From contig JAVRCV020000032.1 in the NCBI GenBank assembly GCA_034530615.2, positions 32,001-96,000 of the forward strand: DNA of 64,000 bases, read 5' to 3'. This document shows positions 48,604 to 60,484 of the stretch, piece after piece. Every line of letters begins with the position of its first letter. Position 1 is the stretch's first letter. The position numbers were made by a program, and so were the translations under genes. The DNA is from Aulosira sp. ZfuVER01 (lineage in GTDB: Bacteria > Cyanobacteriota > Cyanobacteriia > Cyanobacteriales > Nostocaceae). A model generated the notes under the pieces. It saw nothing but the letters and a program-made list of their open reading frames with translations. It had not been told where the DNA came from and did no database searches.

Positions 48604-49341
48604 TTATGTATGCTTCCGCACAGACAAATTGCCTAGTAAGCGAGTGAATTCGTCTTTTACTATACGATAACACTCACAAGAAGTTGCTTCCAAAGCTTCT
48701 CTGTCTAAGATGGTAATGTGACCGCGGTGGTATTTGATGATTCCTGATTGGCTGAAAATACCAGCAGCGACAGTAACACCAGAACGTCGTACACCCAGCA
48801 TTTGAGCCATAAATTCTTGAGTCAGAGGAAACTCTTGAGATCCTATACGGTCAGAAACTTTCAAAAGCCAACGGGCAAATCGCTTCTCTAAAGTATGACG
48901 GCTGTTACAAGCTACTCCCTGCGACAGTTCCATGAGTACAGCTTGTACGTAACGTAGCAGCAGGCTTTGCAGATATCCACCACGATCAAACTCAGTTTTG
49001 AGTACATCTGCATTTATTCGCATACCATCACCTGGAACCTGCACAATAGCTTGTATAGATGAAATATTGTCTCCCAATATTACCGGAATACCAGCCATGC
49101 CTTCATCACCAACTAAAGCTATTTCGACTGTTGAACCATCATTCATCATAGTAAGTAGAGAAATTATTGCCCGATTGGGGAAATAAACGTATGCGATCGC
49201 TTCCCCTACTTCGTAAATAACTTGTCGATTTGCAAGTGGAACTAAGTGCAAATGAGGCACAAGACGTTCATATTCTGCACATGGCAACGCAGCAAGCAGC
49301 TTATTTCTTGGATCTATTAACATTTGCTTATTGACTGACAT
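48604..49341 (-). CDS. Crp/Fnr family transcriptional regulator
   Basis: cNMP-like domain and LTQEFMAQMLGVRRSGVT HTH. Confidence 0.92.
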   Translation of the reverse strand: MSVNKQMLIDPRNKLLAALPCAEYERLVPHLHLVPLANRQVIYEVGEAIAYVYFPNRAIISLLTMMNDGSTVEIALVGDEGMAGIPVILGDNISSIQAIVQVPGDGMRINADVLKTEFDRGGYLQSLLLRYVQAVLMELSQGVACNSRHTLEKRFARWLLKVSDRIGSQEFPLTQEFMAQMLGVRRSGVTVAAGIFSQSGIIKYHRGHITILDREALEATSCECYRIVKDEFTRLLGNLSVRKHT

Positions 49342-49637
49342 TAAGAATCTCCATTAAAGGAATAGCCCTTTAGAAAATTTAGCTAAAGGCACAATTAGAA
49401 TAATTAAGAAATTAAGATTCTTTTCTCAATGTCAAAACAATGTGTCTTCTCAAGCAAAATTATCTATAAATGTTGGCTACATAGCAGCCTTCGATGCAGA
49501 GTATATTGCTACTCTACAATTCTATGTTCGACATTTTTTCAAAAAAAGTATATATTTCCTTTTTGATTTGTGGACTTATTTGTAGAGGTAGAAAACAGCT
49601 AAATTAGGTTAAGGTGTACGGCTGTTTATCAACAAAA

Positions 49638-49705
49638 TAAAGAGGATTTATATATAAAGAGTATTTATATATAAAGAGGATTTATATATAAAGAGGATTT
49701 ATATA
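49638..49705. repeat. 17-bp tandem repeat x4 (TAAAGAGKATTTATATA)
   Basis: Read directly in the AT-rich divergent intergenic region. Confidence 0.9.
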
Positions 49706-50201
49706 TATTATACCTTAATCATTACTTTATCATCATAAAATATGTAATGTGAAATCCAAAAAATATATAAAAAATCTATTAATGGCTTAGTATTATTTTT
49801 TTAGTTTAATGGTTTACTAATTCAAATTACTATAGTTATTTTAATATTAAAATTATGTGTGTATTAAATAACAATTAATTGTAAATATTGATCTTAAATC
49901 TTAATGAGAAGGCAGAAGTATAGCAATTAGATTTAATTCCTAAAATTACTTGCGTAGGGAGGTAGTAATTTATTGTAGGGTGGCACTACCCACCAAGACT
50001 TCAAATATCCATTAGGCTGACGTTGGGCGATGCCTACTGTAAATTATGAGGGGTAGTTAGGTTTTTTATAAAAAATTTTACGTATACAAACATACACAAC
50101 TAAATTTGGCAATAAACTGATATAAATTGGAAAAGTCCTTATCAGAAGAGTCAGCGCACCTTCTAGAATCAGCCGCAAGCTAAGTATTGCTTGTAATTTA
50201 T

Positions 50202-51689
50202 ATGACGATAAACCTGTTGAACGATCGCTATCAAGTTATTCGCACATTGGGTGCTGGTGGGTTTGGTGAAACCTTTCTAGCAGAGGATACTTATATGCCC
50301 TCAAAGCGCCGTTGTGTGGTTAAACAGCTAAGACCAATTCAAAACAATCCCCAGATTTACCAACTGGTGCAAGAACGTTTTCAACGGGAAGCGGCTATTT
50401 TAGAAACACTCGGCGGCGCAACTGACCAAATTCCGACTTTGTATGCTTACTTTGAAGCATCTGGGCAATTTTATTTGGTTCAGGAGTGGGTGGAAGGCGA
50501 TACCTTAACGGCGAAGGTGCAACAGCAAGGCTTATTTAGCGAAAGTGCTGTACAAGAATTGTTGCTAAATTTATTACCTGTTCTAGAATACGTCCACGGT
50601 AAGTATATCGTTCACCGCGATATCAAACCGGATAACATTATTGTGCGCTATCGTGACGGCAAACCTGTACTGATTGATTTTGGTGCAGTACGCGAATCTA
50701 TGGGAACGGTGGTAAATTCTCAAGGGAATCCTACCAGCTCAATTGTGATTGGGACACCGGGATTTATGCCCAGCGAACAAGCCGCAGGTAGACCAGTGTA
50801 TTCCAGCGATTTATATAGTGTAGGGATGACGGTAATTTATTTGCTGACTGGCAGACAACCACAGCAAATAGAAACAGATCCCCAAACAGCGGAAGTTATG
50901 TGGCGACAATATGCTAGCCATATTAGCCCGATGATGGCAGAGATAATTGAACGTGCGATCGCCTATCATCCACGCGATCGCTATCCTACAGCTAGAGCCA
51001 TGCTAGATGCTTTGCAGAGCATAGCAAATCCGATTCCGCCGACGCAACCAGTCTATCAACCACCTGTGGTATCTGTACCACCACTGCCAACTATTCCCGT
51101 CACTCCCCAACCTAGTAATGAAGGTAATAATCGTAACGGTTTTGTCATCGGCGGTTTAATAGCTGGTGGGTTAATTGGTGCATCTGTAATTATTAGTCAA
51201 GTATTACCAAAACCTTCGCAACCAATAGCACAGACACCCGCGACACCCACAGAAACCTCATCACCTGTAACATCTCAAATTACAGAAACGCCACCTATTT
51301 CACCATCTCCCATACAACAACCTATTTCAACACCTCAAGCAAGCATAACTCCTACATTGTCATCTTCAGTAAATACATACACAACACCAAATAACAACAC
51401 CACAACAGATAATTATTCTTGGCTTTCTCAAAGACCTGTTAGAGATGCAGATTTGGCAGGTAAAGATGGTTTTGAACTAGATATTATGCGAAATTGGATA
51501 TTTGCCATTCATGGTCGTCAGTTTGATACTCCAGGCTTACAAGATTACTTTAATAATCAACCTTGGTATCAAGGAATATATTCGCCAAAGGAATTTCCTA
51601 ATAAATTGCTATCAAAATTAGAGCAAAAAAATGTTGATTATATTGCCAAATATCAAGACCGTTATAACTTGAGATATTTTAAGAAATAG
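50202..51689 (+). CDS. Hanks-type Ser/Thr kinase with TM helix and C-terminal YARHG domain
   Basis: GAGGFG, HRDIKPDN, DFG, GTPGFM; MRNWIFAIHGRQF....Y F..QPWY. Confidence 0.92.
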   Translation: MTINLLNDRYQVIRTLGAGGFGETFLAEDTYMPSKRRCVVKQLRPIQNNPQIYQLVQERFQREAAILETLGGATDQIPTLYAYFEASGQFYLVQEWVEGDTLTAKVQQQGLFSESAVQELLLNLLPVLEYVHGKYIVHRDIKPDNIIVRYRDGKPVLIDFGAVRESMGTVVNSQGNPTSSIVIGTPGFMPSEQAAGRPVYSSDLYSVGMTVIYLLTGRQPQQIETDPQTAEVMWRQYASHISPMMAEIIERAIAYHPRDRYPTARAMLDALQSIANPIPPTQPVYQPPVVSVPPLPTIPVTPQPSNEGNNRNGFVIGGLIAGGLIGASVIISQVLPKPSQPIAQTPATPTETSSPVTSQITETPPISPSPIQQPISTPQASITPTLSSSVNTYTTPNNNTTTDNYSWLSQRPVRDADLAGKDGFELDIMRNWIFAIHGRQFDTPGLQDYFNNQPWYQGIYSPKEFPNKLLSKLEQKNVDYIAKYQDRYNLRYFKK

Positions 51690-51736
51690 AAATTGACAAT
51701 TTCCCACTTTCCATCACGGTAAATTAAGACTCAATC

Positions 51737-52300
51737 TCACTCCAACAACCAAGCAAACAAATCCTTGACTGTTAGTTGTAACTCACTCGCAAACGATGGT
51801 GTAGGTAAAAGTGCATCTGACCGATCAAATACCTCAGTTTCTTGCTTAGGGCGATAAACAAAAACAGTTTGCTCATCTGGATCAATTAACCAACCCATTT
51901 GAGTTTCATACTTGAGACAATGGAGAATATTTTTGGTAACCTTTGTTTGGCTTTGATCGGGAGATAAAATTTCAATTGTCCAATCGGGAGCGATGGGAAA
52001 TGTGTTAGCAACTTCCCCATTTTCATCACGGGGAATTCTGCTCCAAACAAAAACTGCGATATCAGGTACAATTGAACGCCCACCAAATGTACAACGCAAC
52101 TCAGGAAATGCACGAGCCAGACGCTTGGGCTTGACTACAAAATTGATTGCAGGTACAAGTTCTCCTTGCAGCGCACTATGCTTACCTTGTGGCATTGGTT
52201 TCTGGATAATTTGACCATCAATGTATTCACTGGCAGGTTTTGTTTCTGGTAGTTGCAGAAACTCTTCCAGTGTCAGAGTTTTGGATGCTGCTTTTAGCAT
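51737..52300 (-). CDS. Uma2 family (DUF820) restriction-endonuclease-like protein
   Basis: LEEFL.LPETKPASEY, VPDI, PDW.IEILSP, WLIDP. Confidence 0.92.
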   Translation of the reverse strand: MLKAASKTLTLEEFLQLPETKPASEYIDGQIIQKPMPQGKHSALQGELVPAINFVVKPKRLARAFPELRCTFGGRSIVPDIAVFVWSRIPRDENGEVANTFPIAPDWTIEILSPDQSQTKVTKNILHCLKYETQMGWLIDPDEQTVFVYRPKQETEVFDRSDALLPTPSFASELQLTVKDLFAWLLE

Positions 52301-52453
52301 TTGGGCATTGCCTCTAGAAATGCCAGAATAACTCAATTTTATATTGTACCTGTTGGTGATTCTAGTAGATGCCGATCGCTTGTTGTGTAGGTGGGGAAAG
52401 AGCGATCGCAAATGTATTAGCAACTTTCTCGATGTAATTTTGTGAGGCTATCA

Positions 52454-52692
52454 TTACTTCCACCAAGCAGGATGCTGAGCGGTCAGGATTTTGCAATTAG
52501 GAACAGTAATATCTCCACCTGCCCAAGCTCTCCTGAGTGTAGCTTGAAAGTCTTTCAGAAGATTTAAAGTCATCCCATGATTAGGAGTGCGATACCTTTT
52601 TGATCTTTTGAAGTAACCCCCAGCTGACATCTCATTACCGTCTGAACTATACCAATTTGATTCCTCTACCCTAAGTTGATATTCATCACTCT
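52454..52692 (-). pseudogene. Possible gene remnant
   Basis: Open stretch SESDEYQLRVEESNW...QHPAWWK* preceded by an in-frame TGA. The only ATG-led product would be 58 aa. Confidence 0.3.
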
Positions 52693-52725
52693 CACTTCAA
52701 CATTAAGTACAATCGCTCTTTGCAA

Positions 52726-53106
52726 TTAACGTGTGTATGGTTGTGCCATAACAAGACCAGGAATAACATGGTAATGTTTGACATTAAATGTACAAAGTGT
52801 TGCACCCCTACCAACAGCACAAGCAGCAATTAAAGCATCTAACAACCCTAAACTGTCTGACAAATGGTACGTGGCAAAGTCTGACAAGGCGCGATTTAAA
52901 TCAGCCTTAGTCGGCCAGACTAGAGGTAGTGGTGCAACCAGTCTTAAAGTATTACGCAGCTTTTGCTTGTTTTGAGCATCCTGGATTAATTCCATAACCA
53001 CGAAGCCAGGCACACTAGGTAACTCTGATAGGCTAGCAAACCAAGCGATCGCAGGAGCATGACCTCGTTGAATATCAATCAAAATGTCCGTATCTAGCAA
53101 ATACAT
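52726..53106 (-). CDS. vapC: VapC family PIN-domain toxin
   Basis: YLLDTDILID, DALIAA, T.N.KHY. Confidence 0.9.
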   Translation of the reverse strand: MYLLDTDILIDIQRGHAPAIAWFASLSELPSVPGFVVMELIQDAQNKQKLRNTLRLVAPLPLVWPTKADLNRALSDFATYHLSDSLGLLDALIAACAVGRGATLCTFNVKHYHVIPGLVMAQPYTR

Positions 53107-53115
53107 GAACTTAAC

Positions 53116-53376
53116 CTATGCTCGCTCACGGGTTTCAGCCTCGTGACGTAAGTTACGAGCATAGGCTTGACTATCTGTAATATCAGGCAGTGAATTGATG
53201 ACGCCTTCACTTTGCCAATAGGCAACAAGTTCTGCCCCTGTCTTTGGTGGATTTGGTAGAATCTGCCTGAGTGTGAGAACACGAAGAATGTATTCAGAAA
53301 GCGTTAAGTTAAGCTGAGAAGCTTCATAAAAAAGCTCTTTTTCTAGCTCTGGTGGCAAATCAAGATGAATACTCAC
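53116..53376 (-). CDS. Putative antitoxin upstream of vapC
   Basis: GTG start after AGGA; I.LDLPPELE..L..EA; KTGAELV.YW motif. Confidence 0.75.
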   Translation of the reverse strand: MSIHLDLPPELEKELFYEASQLNLTLSEYILRVLTLRQILPNPPKTGAELVAYWQSEGVINSLPDITDSQAYARNLRHEAETRERA

Positions 53377-53558
53377 TTTGGTTTTCCTGTTTAGCTTTGA
53401 TTCTAGATTGAGAGAAACTTGGTTGCAAACAACAAGCACTTCTGTAATTTGCAATCTTAGCCAATGGTAAATCCGCCTTCAAGTTGGGAGCAGTAACGGA
53501 TTTACTACAGTATCACGCAGTTGTCTTTTATTGACTCAATTGAAATGCTCCCAATTAC

Positions 53559-56500
53559 TTAAACCATAGCGGCTTCAGGAATTGCCCCCTGCATTCTCCC
53601 TAAAGCATCAATCAAACTTTGCAATTGCTGATCTGCTTTGAGAACTGCTAAACCCCGCACTGTCACCTTACCAGGAGAGTAAACAAAGCGTGTTTTCAGA
53701 TGATCTGGTAAGTTCGCCGCGAGTAAATTCCAAGCTGGTTCTTCCATTGGCGTTTCTAAAATGATGTGCTGTTTGTTTTCTGGTTTAATGCGGCTAAATC
53801 CTAATTTTTTCGCTAACTGTTTGAGTTCGATGACGCGCAATAATTGATTAGCTGGTACTGGAATTGCACCATAGCGATCGCTCCATTCGGCTCCAATCTG
53901 TGTTAGTTCTTCTTTCGATTTAGCCGCCGCTACTGCACGGTAAGCGCTCATCTTTTGATCTAAGTCGGGGATGTAATCGGCGGGAATAAATGCGGTGAGG
54001 TTGAGGTCAATCTGTGTATCGTCAACTTTGGGAATTTCCTGTCCGCGGATTTCGCGAATGGATTCTTCCAACATTTCCATATACAAATCAAAGCCGATCG
54101 CATCCATTTGACCAGATTGTTCTGCACCCAGCAAGTTACCTACACCGCGAATTTCCATATCGCGCATTGCAAGCTGATATCCAGAACCTAGTTGCGTAAA
54201 TTCCTGAATTGCTCGTAATCTCTGCCTTGCAGCATCAGATAATGCCCGTTGCTGGGGGTAAAATAGCCAGGCGTGAGCTTGAATTCCTGCACGTCCGACA
54301 CGACCGCGTAATTGATACAGCTGTGATAAACCAAAGCGGTGAGCATCTTCAATTAAGATGGTGTTAACTCTGGGAATATCTAAACCAGATTCAATAATTG
54401 TCGTACAAACGAGAATTTCTGCTTCACCATTGTTGAAGGTAAGCATAGTTGATTCCAACTGCCCTTCATCCATTTGACCGTGAGCAACGGCAAATCTCGC
54501 TGAGGGGATGATTTCCCGTAATTTGGCTGTTGTCTCTTCAATTCCCTCGACTCGCGGCACTACGTAAAATACCTGGCCGCCTCTGTCTAACTCTTGACGA
54601 ATAGCTGTACGGATACTTTCGTAATTCATCTGGGCGAGATGAGTTTTAATCGGTCGCCGGGAAGGGGGTGGTGTGGTAATTAAACTCATTTCCCGAATCC
54701 CGGACAATGACATATACAAAGTACGGGGAATGGGAGTAGCGGAGAGTGTCAGCACATCCACTTGAGTTTTTAAGCTTTTAATTTTCTCTTTTTGGTTAAC
54801 GCCAAAGCGTTGTTCTTCATCGACTACCAACAGCCCTAAATCGCGGAAGCTGACACCTTTGCCTAAAAGTTGGTGCGTACCAACGACTACATCTAATTCT
54901 CCCGTTGATAAGCGCTTTTGAATTTCACGGCGTTCTTCAGCTGTGCGGAAGCGGTTGAGTAAGCCAACGTTCACGGGGTAAGGGGCAAAGCGTTCTTTAA
55001 GGGTGTGGTAATGTTGCTGGGTGAGGATGGTAGTAGGCGCAAGTAAAGCGACTTGTTTACCTGCGGTGACAGCTTTAAAAATGGCGCGAATTGCTACTTC
55101 TGTTTTCCCAAAACCGACATCACCACAAACTAAGCGATCCATTGGGCGATCGCTTTCCATGTCGCGTTTCACATCTTGCACAGCTTTTAACTGATCGGTT
55201 GTCGGTTGGTAAGGGAAAGAATCTTCCATTTCCTCTTGCCAAGGCATATCTGCTGGGTAGTTAAAGCCTTGTTGTTGCGATCGCGCTGCATACAATTTCA
55301 GCAAGTCCACTGCCAATTTCTTGATGGCTTTGCGGACTTTGTTCTTGGTATTTTCCCAAGCTTTACCCGTCATTTTGTGCAGTTCGGGGGCTTTATCGGC
55401 GGTAGTCCGGAACCGCGATAAAGAACCTACTTGATCGGCTGCAACTCTCAATAAGCCGTCAGCATACTGCACCACAATATAATCACGGGTTTCATCGTTA
55501 ATTGTCAGACTTTCTAGCTTGACAAATTTACCAATCCCGTGGCTTCTGTGAACTACATAATCTCCCTGACGTAGCTTGTTGGGATCGACTTGCTTAGATG
55601 CAGCTTGGCGGCGTTTGCGGATATAACTAGGTGTAGCTAGGGAATGCTGACCGTAAAATTCCCTATCTGTAACTACTACCAAGCGGAAGGTCGGTAAAAT
55701 AAAACCTTCAAGTTCCGCCAAGCCAGAATATTTTAGTGCTACAGGTATATGGTTGATTTGTAGCTTGTCAATTGCTAAGTAATCGCGGGGATTAGGAATA
55801 AACTGAGCCGGACAATCGTGTTCTTGCAGTAAGGATACAGAACGTGAAGGTTGAGCCGAAATTAGCCAAGTAGAAAAATTGCGATCGCGTTCTTGGCGTA
55901 ATGTCTCGGCAAGTTTGGCAAACTGGTGTGGTGTAACTGGAACAGGTCTACAAGCTAGATTAATACCAGTGTTTTCTTCTGCCAGTTCCGATAAATATAA
56001 TTGTTTAAAATTCGCCGCTGCTGCCAAACATTCATCAAAAGACCGATGGATTTTCGGTAATTGTACAGAACCTAGCCCGATTTCCCCAGTTCCTAGCGAC
56101 CATTGCTCCTCAGCATTTTCTACCCAGCGATCGCTATGAGCATGACACTGTTCTGGCTCATCGATAGCAACTAAGGTATTGTCGCTTAAATAGTCCAAAA
56201 GTGATGCAGGTTGCTCAAAAGCTAACCCTAAAAAGCGACGGCTACCTTCAAATTTTTCTGAGTCTTGAATATCGAGTTCTGAGCCAGAATTTATCTCAGC
56301 ACTCAGCACTTGGTACTCAGCACTATCTTTGAGTGCTTCTAGAATAATCGGAGCAAAGCTAGTGGGAGTGAGAATGATTTGGTCAATTTTGTCAAGGGCA
56401 GAACGTTGAGTTGCGGGATCGAATTCTCGTATTTGTTCGATTTCATCGCCAAACCATTCCAACCTTACTGGTAACTCAGAAGCCACAGGAAAGATATCAA

Positions 56501-57068
56501 CAATATCACCACGCCGACTCCATTGCCCTTCTGTTTCCACCAAAGGTACTCGTTCATAGCCTAAAGTAGCAAGTTTAGTACTGAAGGTATTTAAGTCAAA
56601 TTCCATACCCTTCTTTAAAGTCAAAGAAAAAGGGATGAAAGCATTTGGTGGTGGTAAGTGGGGTTGTAGCGCCCCTGTAGTGGCTACAATCGCAATTTTT
56701 GATTGGTTGCCGTTGACCTTTGACTCTTGACTCTTGACCAAGTCAGCCAAAACCTGCATTTGCCCCCAAGTCATTTCCGTTTCGGGATCAAATGGTTCGT
56801 AGGGTGACGCTTCAGAAGTGGGATAAAAATACACATTCTTCCATCCCATTGCTTCTAATTGTGCATAAGCGCGTCCAGCTTCCTCTAAAGTGGCACATAC
56901 TACAAATAAATTCCTTTCAGAATTTTGTGCTAACGCGGAAGCGACTAAACCCTTAGGAAAGCGGGGAACACCATTTAGCCGCAAATCCTGTTGACGATTG
57001 AGTTTGGAAACTAGTTCTGTGGTTAGAGGCGATCGCGCCAAAGCACGCACAATAGAAGAAAAAGCCAT
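53559..57068 (-). CDS. mfd: Transcription-repair coupling factor
   Basis: UvrB-like N-terminus, CarD/RID domain, [30 protein letters not shown] motif. Confidence 0.97.
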   Translation of the reverse strand: MAFSSIVRALARSPLTTELVSKLNRQQDLRLNGVPRFPKGLVASALAQNSERNLFVVCATLEEAGRAYAQLEAMGWKNVYFYPTSEASPYEPFDPETEMTWGQMQVLADLVKSQESKVNGNQSKIAIVATTGALQPHLPPPNAFIPFSLTLKKGMEFDLNTFSTKLATLGYERVPLVETEGQWSRRGDIVDIFPVASELPVRLEWFGDEIEQIREFDPATQRSALDKIDQIILTPTSFAPIILEALKDSAEYQVLSAEINSGSELDIQDSEKFEGSRRFLGLAFEQPASLLDYLSDNTLVAIDEPEQCHAHSDRWVENAEEQWSLGTGEIGLGSVQLPKIHRSFDECLAAAANFKQLYLSELAEENTGINLACRPVPVTPHQFAKLAETLRQERDRNFSTWLISAQPSRSVSLLQEHDCPAQFIPNPRDYLAIDKLQINHIPVALKYSGLAELEGFILPTFRLVVVTDREFYGQHSLATPSYIRKRRQAASKQVDPNKLRQGDYVVHRSHGIGKFVKLESLTINDETRDYIVVQYADGLLRVAADQVGSLSRFRTTADKAPELHKMTGKAWENTKNKVRKAIKKLAVDLLKLYAARSQQQGFNYPADMPWQEEMEDSFPYQPTTDQLKAVQDVKRDMESDRPMDRLVCGDVGFGKTEVAIRAIFKAVTAGKQVALLAPTTILTQQHYHTLKERFAPYPVNVGLLNRFRTAEERREIQKRLSTGELDVVVGTHQLLGKGVSFRDLGLLVVDEEQRFGVNQKEKIKSLKTQVDVLTLSATPIPRTLYMSLSGIREMSLITTPPPSRRPIKTHLAQMNYESIRTAIRQELDRGGQVFYVVPRVEGIEETTAKLREIIPSARFAVAHGQMDEGQLESTMLTFNNGEAEILVCTTIIESGLDIPRVNTILIEDAHRFGLSQLYQLRGRVGRAGIQAHAWLFYPQQRALSDAARQRLRAIQEFTQLGSGYQLAMRDMEIRGVGNLLGAEQSGQMDAIGFDLYMEMLEESIREIRGQEIPKVDDTQIDLNLTAFIPADYIPDLDQKMSAYRAVAAAKSKEELTQIGAEWSDRYGAIPVPANQLLRVIELKQLAKKLGFSRIKPENKQHIILETPMEEPAWNLLAANLPDHLKTRFVYSPGKVTVRGLAVLKADQQLQSLIDALGRMQGAIPEAAMV

Positions 57069-57198
57069 AGATTTTAGTATAAATGCAAGTCGTTGTGAGG
57101 CAGCTTATGTCAACCATTTTAAAGACTGTTAACCGCCCCCTGATTGTTTGGGGAATAATTTGGGAATAAGGATGGTGTGGGAGAGGTTTGGGAGAAAT

Positions 57199-57290
57199 GG
57201 GACAAGGGAGACAAGGGAGACAAGGCAGAAATAATCAATGCCCAATGCCCCATGCCCCCTACCCTATACCCAATGCCCCATGCCCTATGA
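57199..57290. repeat. Cluster of short tandem repeats (GGGAGACAA 9-mers, CCCMATG heptamers)
   Basis: Read directly. Similar clusters lie at about 58720-58790, 62110-62225 and 63040-63150. Confidence 0.75.
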
Positions 57291-57389
57291 CTAGGAGTTT
57301 ATGTACAATTAAAGCGTTTATGGATGCACCTTTAATACTAGATACTAAGAGTTAAGCTAAGTTCGCTCTTGACGGCGGCAATTCTAAAC

Positions 57390-58715
57390 ATGTCCTCCAT
57401 GACTTTTGAAATTTTAATCATTTTGGTGCTAATTATTGCCAATGGTGTGTTTGCCATGTCCGAGATGGCGATTGTCTCGGCGCGGAAAGTAAGATTACAA
57501 CAGATGGCTAATCAAGGAGACCTTAAAGCACGGGCAGCATTGAAACTTGCCGAGTCTCCCAATCAATTTTTCTCTACGATTCAGATTGGCATTACCCTGA
57601 TTGGTATTTTGACTGGTGCTTTTGGCGGAGCGACTATTGCTGAAAAATTAGCGGTTTATTTAAAGTTAGTACCCTTTTTAGCAGCTTATAGTCAACCGCT
57701 TTCCTTTGGGTTAGTGGTTTTGGTCATCACCTATTTTTCGCTGGTTGTTGGTGAATTAGTACCGAAGCGTTTAGCATTAAACAATCCAGAAGCCATTGCG
57801 GCGTTTGTGGCAATCCCGATGCGAGCTTTAGCTGCGATCGCTTCTCCAGCCGTTTATCTTTTAAGTGCTTCTACAGAATTGGTACTGCGGGTATTGGGGA
57901 TTAGAGCCTCTACCGAGCCGCAAGTCACGGAAGAAGAAATTAAAATCTTAATTGAGCAAGGTACTGAAGCGGGAACCTTTGAGGAAGCCGAACAGGATAT
58001 GGTAGAGCGAGTCTTTCGCTTAGGCGATCGCCCTGTCAGTGCTTTTATGACACCACGCCCTGATATTGTCTGGCTGGACTTGGACGACACTCCAGAAGAA
58101 AATCGCCAGAAAATGGTTGACAGTGCCTATTCCCGGTATCCCGTTTGTCAAGAAGGACTAGATAATGTGCTGGGTGTGATCCCCGTGACAGACTTATTAG
58201 CTAGAAGTTTTAAAGGTGAATCTCTAGATTTGACAGTGGGATTGCGACAACCTGTATTTGTCCCAGAAAGTACCCGTGGCTTAAAAGTTTTGGAGTTATT
58301 TAAGCAAACAATTACCCACATGGCGCTGGTAGTTGATGAATACGGCGTGATTCAAGGATTAGTAACCCTCAACGATATTATGAGTGAAATTGTGGGTGAT
58401 GTTCCGGCGGAACCTGGACAGGATCAACCGCAAGCCGTGCAAAGAGAAGATGGTTCTTGGCTTTTGGATGGAATGTTACCTGTAGAAGAGTTTTTAGAAA
58501 TCTTCGAGATGGAGGAGTGGGAATCCGAAGAGCGAGGTAGCTATCAAACCTTGGGCGGGTTTGTGATCACTCATTTAGGCCGCATCCCCGCCGCCGCAGA
58601 TCATTTTGAATGGCAAGGGATGCGGATTGAGGTGATGGATATGGATGGCAACCGAGTTGATAAGGTATTAGTAGTGCCAAAGGGTGATAAATCAACAGAT
58701 ACCGAGGAGTCTTAA
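57390..58715 (+). CDS. Hemolysin/CNNM family protein (DUF21-CBS-CorC)
   Basis: NGVFAMSE.A, IQIGIT, GELVPKR, MTPR, YSRYPV, VDEYG. Confidence 0.93.
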   Translation: MSSMTFEILIILVLIIANGVFAMSEMAIVSARKVRLQQMANQGDLKARAALKLAESPNQFFSTIQIGITLIGILTGAFGGATIAEKLAVYLKLVPFLAAYSQPLSFGLVVLVITYFSLVVGELVPKRLALNNPEAIAAFVAIPMRALAAIASPAVYLLSASTELVLRVLGIRASTEPQVTEEEIKILIEQGTEAGTFEEAEQDMVERVFRLGDRPVSAFMTPRPDIVWLDLDDTPEENRQKMVDSAYSRYPVCQEGLDNVLGVIPVTDLLARSFKGESLDLTVGLRQPVFVPESTRGLKVLELFKQTITHMALVVDEYGVIQGLVTLNDIMSEIVGDVPAEPGQDQPQAVQREDGSWLLDGMLPVEEFLEIFEMEEWESEERGSYQTLGGFVITHLGRIPAAADHFEWQGMRIEVMDMDGNRVDKVLVVPKGDKSTDTEES

Positions 58716-58789
58716 GTCTGAGGCATGGGGCATTGGTTATTTCTCCCTTGTCTCCCCACACTCCCCACCCTCCCCACACTCTCTTCCAT

Positions 58790-59971
58790 CTAACTCTGAG
58801 ATAACCGTCTAACCTCCTCACCCCCCAAAAGCTGATGTGCTTGTGTCAGAATTTGGGGGATTTTATTTGCTTGGGGGCTATGAGCAAGGCATGAGCGCAA
58901 GTCTAGTTCGTCTATTCGGTCGGCTTGTTTGCCAGGAAACCAGTGGCTACCATTACCGAGGAGGTTGTAGCGCATTTTGGCGTAGTCCATCATGTCGTAG
59001 GCGATCGCTAAATTCCACAGCCACAAAATCACTCGCATATTCACTTCGCCTGGTGTTTGTTCAAAGCTGGGTAAGTTCACTTCCCAGGTTTTCACCCAGT
59101 CTTCTCCCAAGGTGGCGATCGCTTCTGCTTCTAATCGTGCCAAAATTGGCGGTAAAATTTCCTCTGCGCTATCTAGCAAGTCTAAAGTTTTTAGGTGTTC
59201 ATCAAAATCTTGGGGTTTGGCTGCTCCCAAACTCAAAGTATGCACCTGTGGATGACTGAGGCAAAATAAATCGTTAAATACCATCGGACTCAAAGGCGCA
59301 CACAAATTGACTAATTTTTGTGGTGGTTCGTACAGCATCCCGCCTTTATTCGATGGGCTAATGATAAATACCCCCATATCATGGCGTGTAGCCGCTTCAA
59401 TTGCTGCCCAATTCCATTGATTAATGTAGTACCAATGCAGGTTAACGTAATCAAATTGATTGGTATTAATTGCTTGCAAAATTAAATCAGTAGACCCGTG
59501 GGTAGAGAAACCGATAAATCTAACTTTACCTTCAGCTTGTAACTGCTGTGCCACTTCTAAACAGCCACCAGGACGAAGGCTGTAATCTAAAGATTCGTCA
59601 TGATTTACACCATGTAACCCCAATAAATCAACGTATTCTAACTGGAGATATTTGAGCGATCGCTCAAATGTCTCGCGGAATTCTTTAGCATCTGCGACTG
59701 GGCCAACTTTAGTCTGAACAATCAATTTTTCGCGGGGAATTTTGGGTAAGATTTGCCCCAATTGCATTTCCGAGGTTCCGTAACCACGAGCCGTCTCAAT
59801 ATGATTAATGCCTAATTCAATCGCCCGCCGAATAGTTGCTTCGAGATTTTCCTGGGTATCTTTAGGAATCTCACTCGGGGAAACATCCTGCCATTTGAAC
59901 TGGTATCTCATACCGCCGCAGGAAAATACCGGCATTTGTAATTCTGTACGTCCAAATCTTCTGTATAGCAT
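58790..59971 (-). CDS. Aldo/keto reductase family protein
   Basis: YRRFGRT, ETARGYG.SE, QTK, GFSTHG. Confidence 0.9.
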   Translation of the reverse strand: MLYRRFGRTELQMPVFSCGGMRYQFKWQDVSPSEIPKDTQENLEATIRRAIELGINHIETARGYGTSEMQLGQILPKIPREKLIVQTKVGPVADAKEFRETFERSLKYLQLEYVDLLGLHGVNHDESLDYSLRPGGCLEVAQQLQAEGKVRFIGFSTHGSTDLILQAINTNQFDYVNLHWYYINQWNWAAIEAATRHDMGVFIISPSNKGGMLYEPPQKLVNLCAPLSPMVFNDLFCLSHPQVHTLSLGAAKPQDFDEHLKTLDLLDSAEEILPPILARLEAEAIATLGEDWVKTWEVNLPSFEQTPGEVNMRVILWLWNLAIAYDMMDYAKMRYNLLGNGSHWFPGKQADRIDELDLRSCLAHSPQANKIPQILTQAHQLLGGEEVRRLSQS

Positions 59972-60235
59972 CAATAGATTTTAGATGAATTGCCAAGTTG
60001 AAATCTCAAATTTTTCACAGGCGTAGGTTTTAGGTACTTACCATTTTAGATTTTGGTGCAGCTGCACGCTGGCTCACCTGTCCCGTTTTAAGAAAAAAAC
60101 CAGATTGCAATCAACATAATTTTTGTTGTTCTGAGTGAAGAGTATTTACTCCAGCTAGGAACGAACGATCAACAATCAGCGCGATTGTTCACATTTTTTT
60201 ATACCAGGCTTATTACCATATTTTCGGAGTAATTT

Positions 60236-60436
60236 ATGCGGAGCAATACTAATAATCAAATAGCAACGAACTCTGATTCTGTCGGCTTTATGAGTCATAA
60301 TGATGCATCATTTAACACTGCTGTGGGATTTTCCAGCATTATGATTGCCATTATCTTACTTACAAGTATTAATGCTTATAAAAAATACCGTGCTGCTGTT
60401 CTCCGTAGAGAAATTGCCTCTTTAGAGAAAGTATGA
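60236..60436 (+). CDS. Small single-TM hypothetical protein
   Basis: 66 aa; TM helix then YKKYRAAVLRREIASLEK. Confidence 0.55.
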   Translation: MRSNTNNQIATNSDSVGFMSHNDASFNTAVGFSSIMIAIILLTSINAYKKYRAAVLRREIASLEKV

Positions 60437-60484
60437 CATTTAGATATCACAAAGAAGAATGTTTGAAAAACCGGAATTTTGAGA

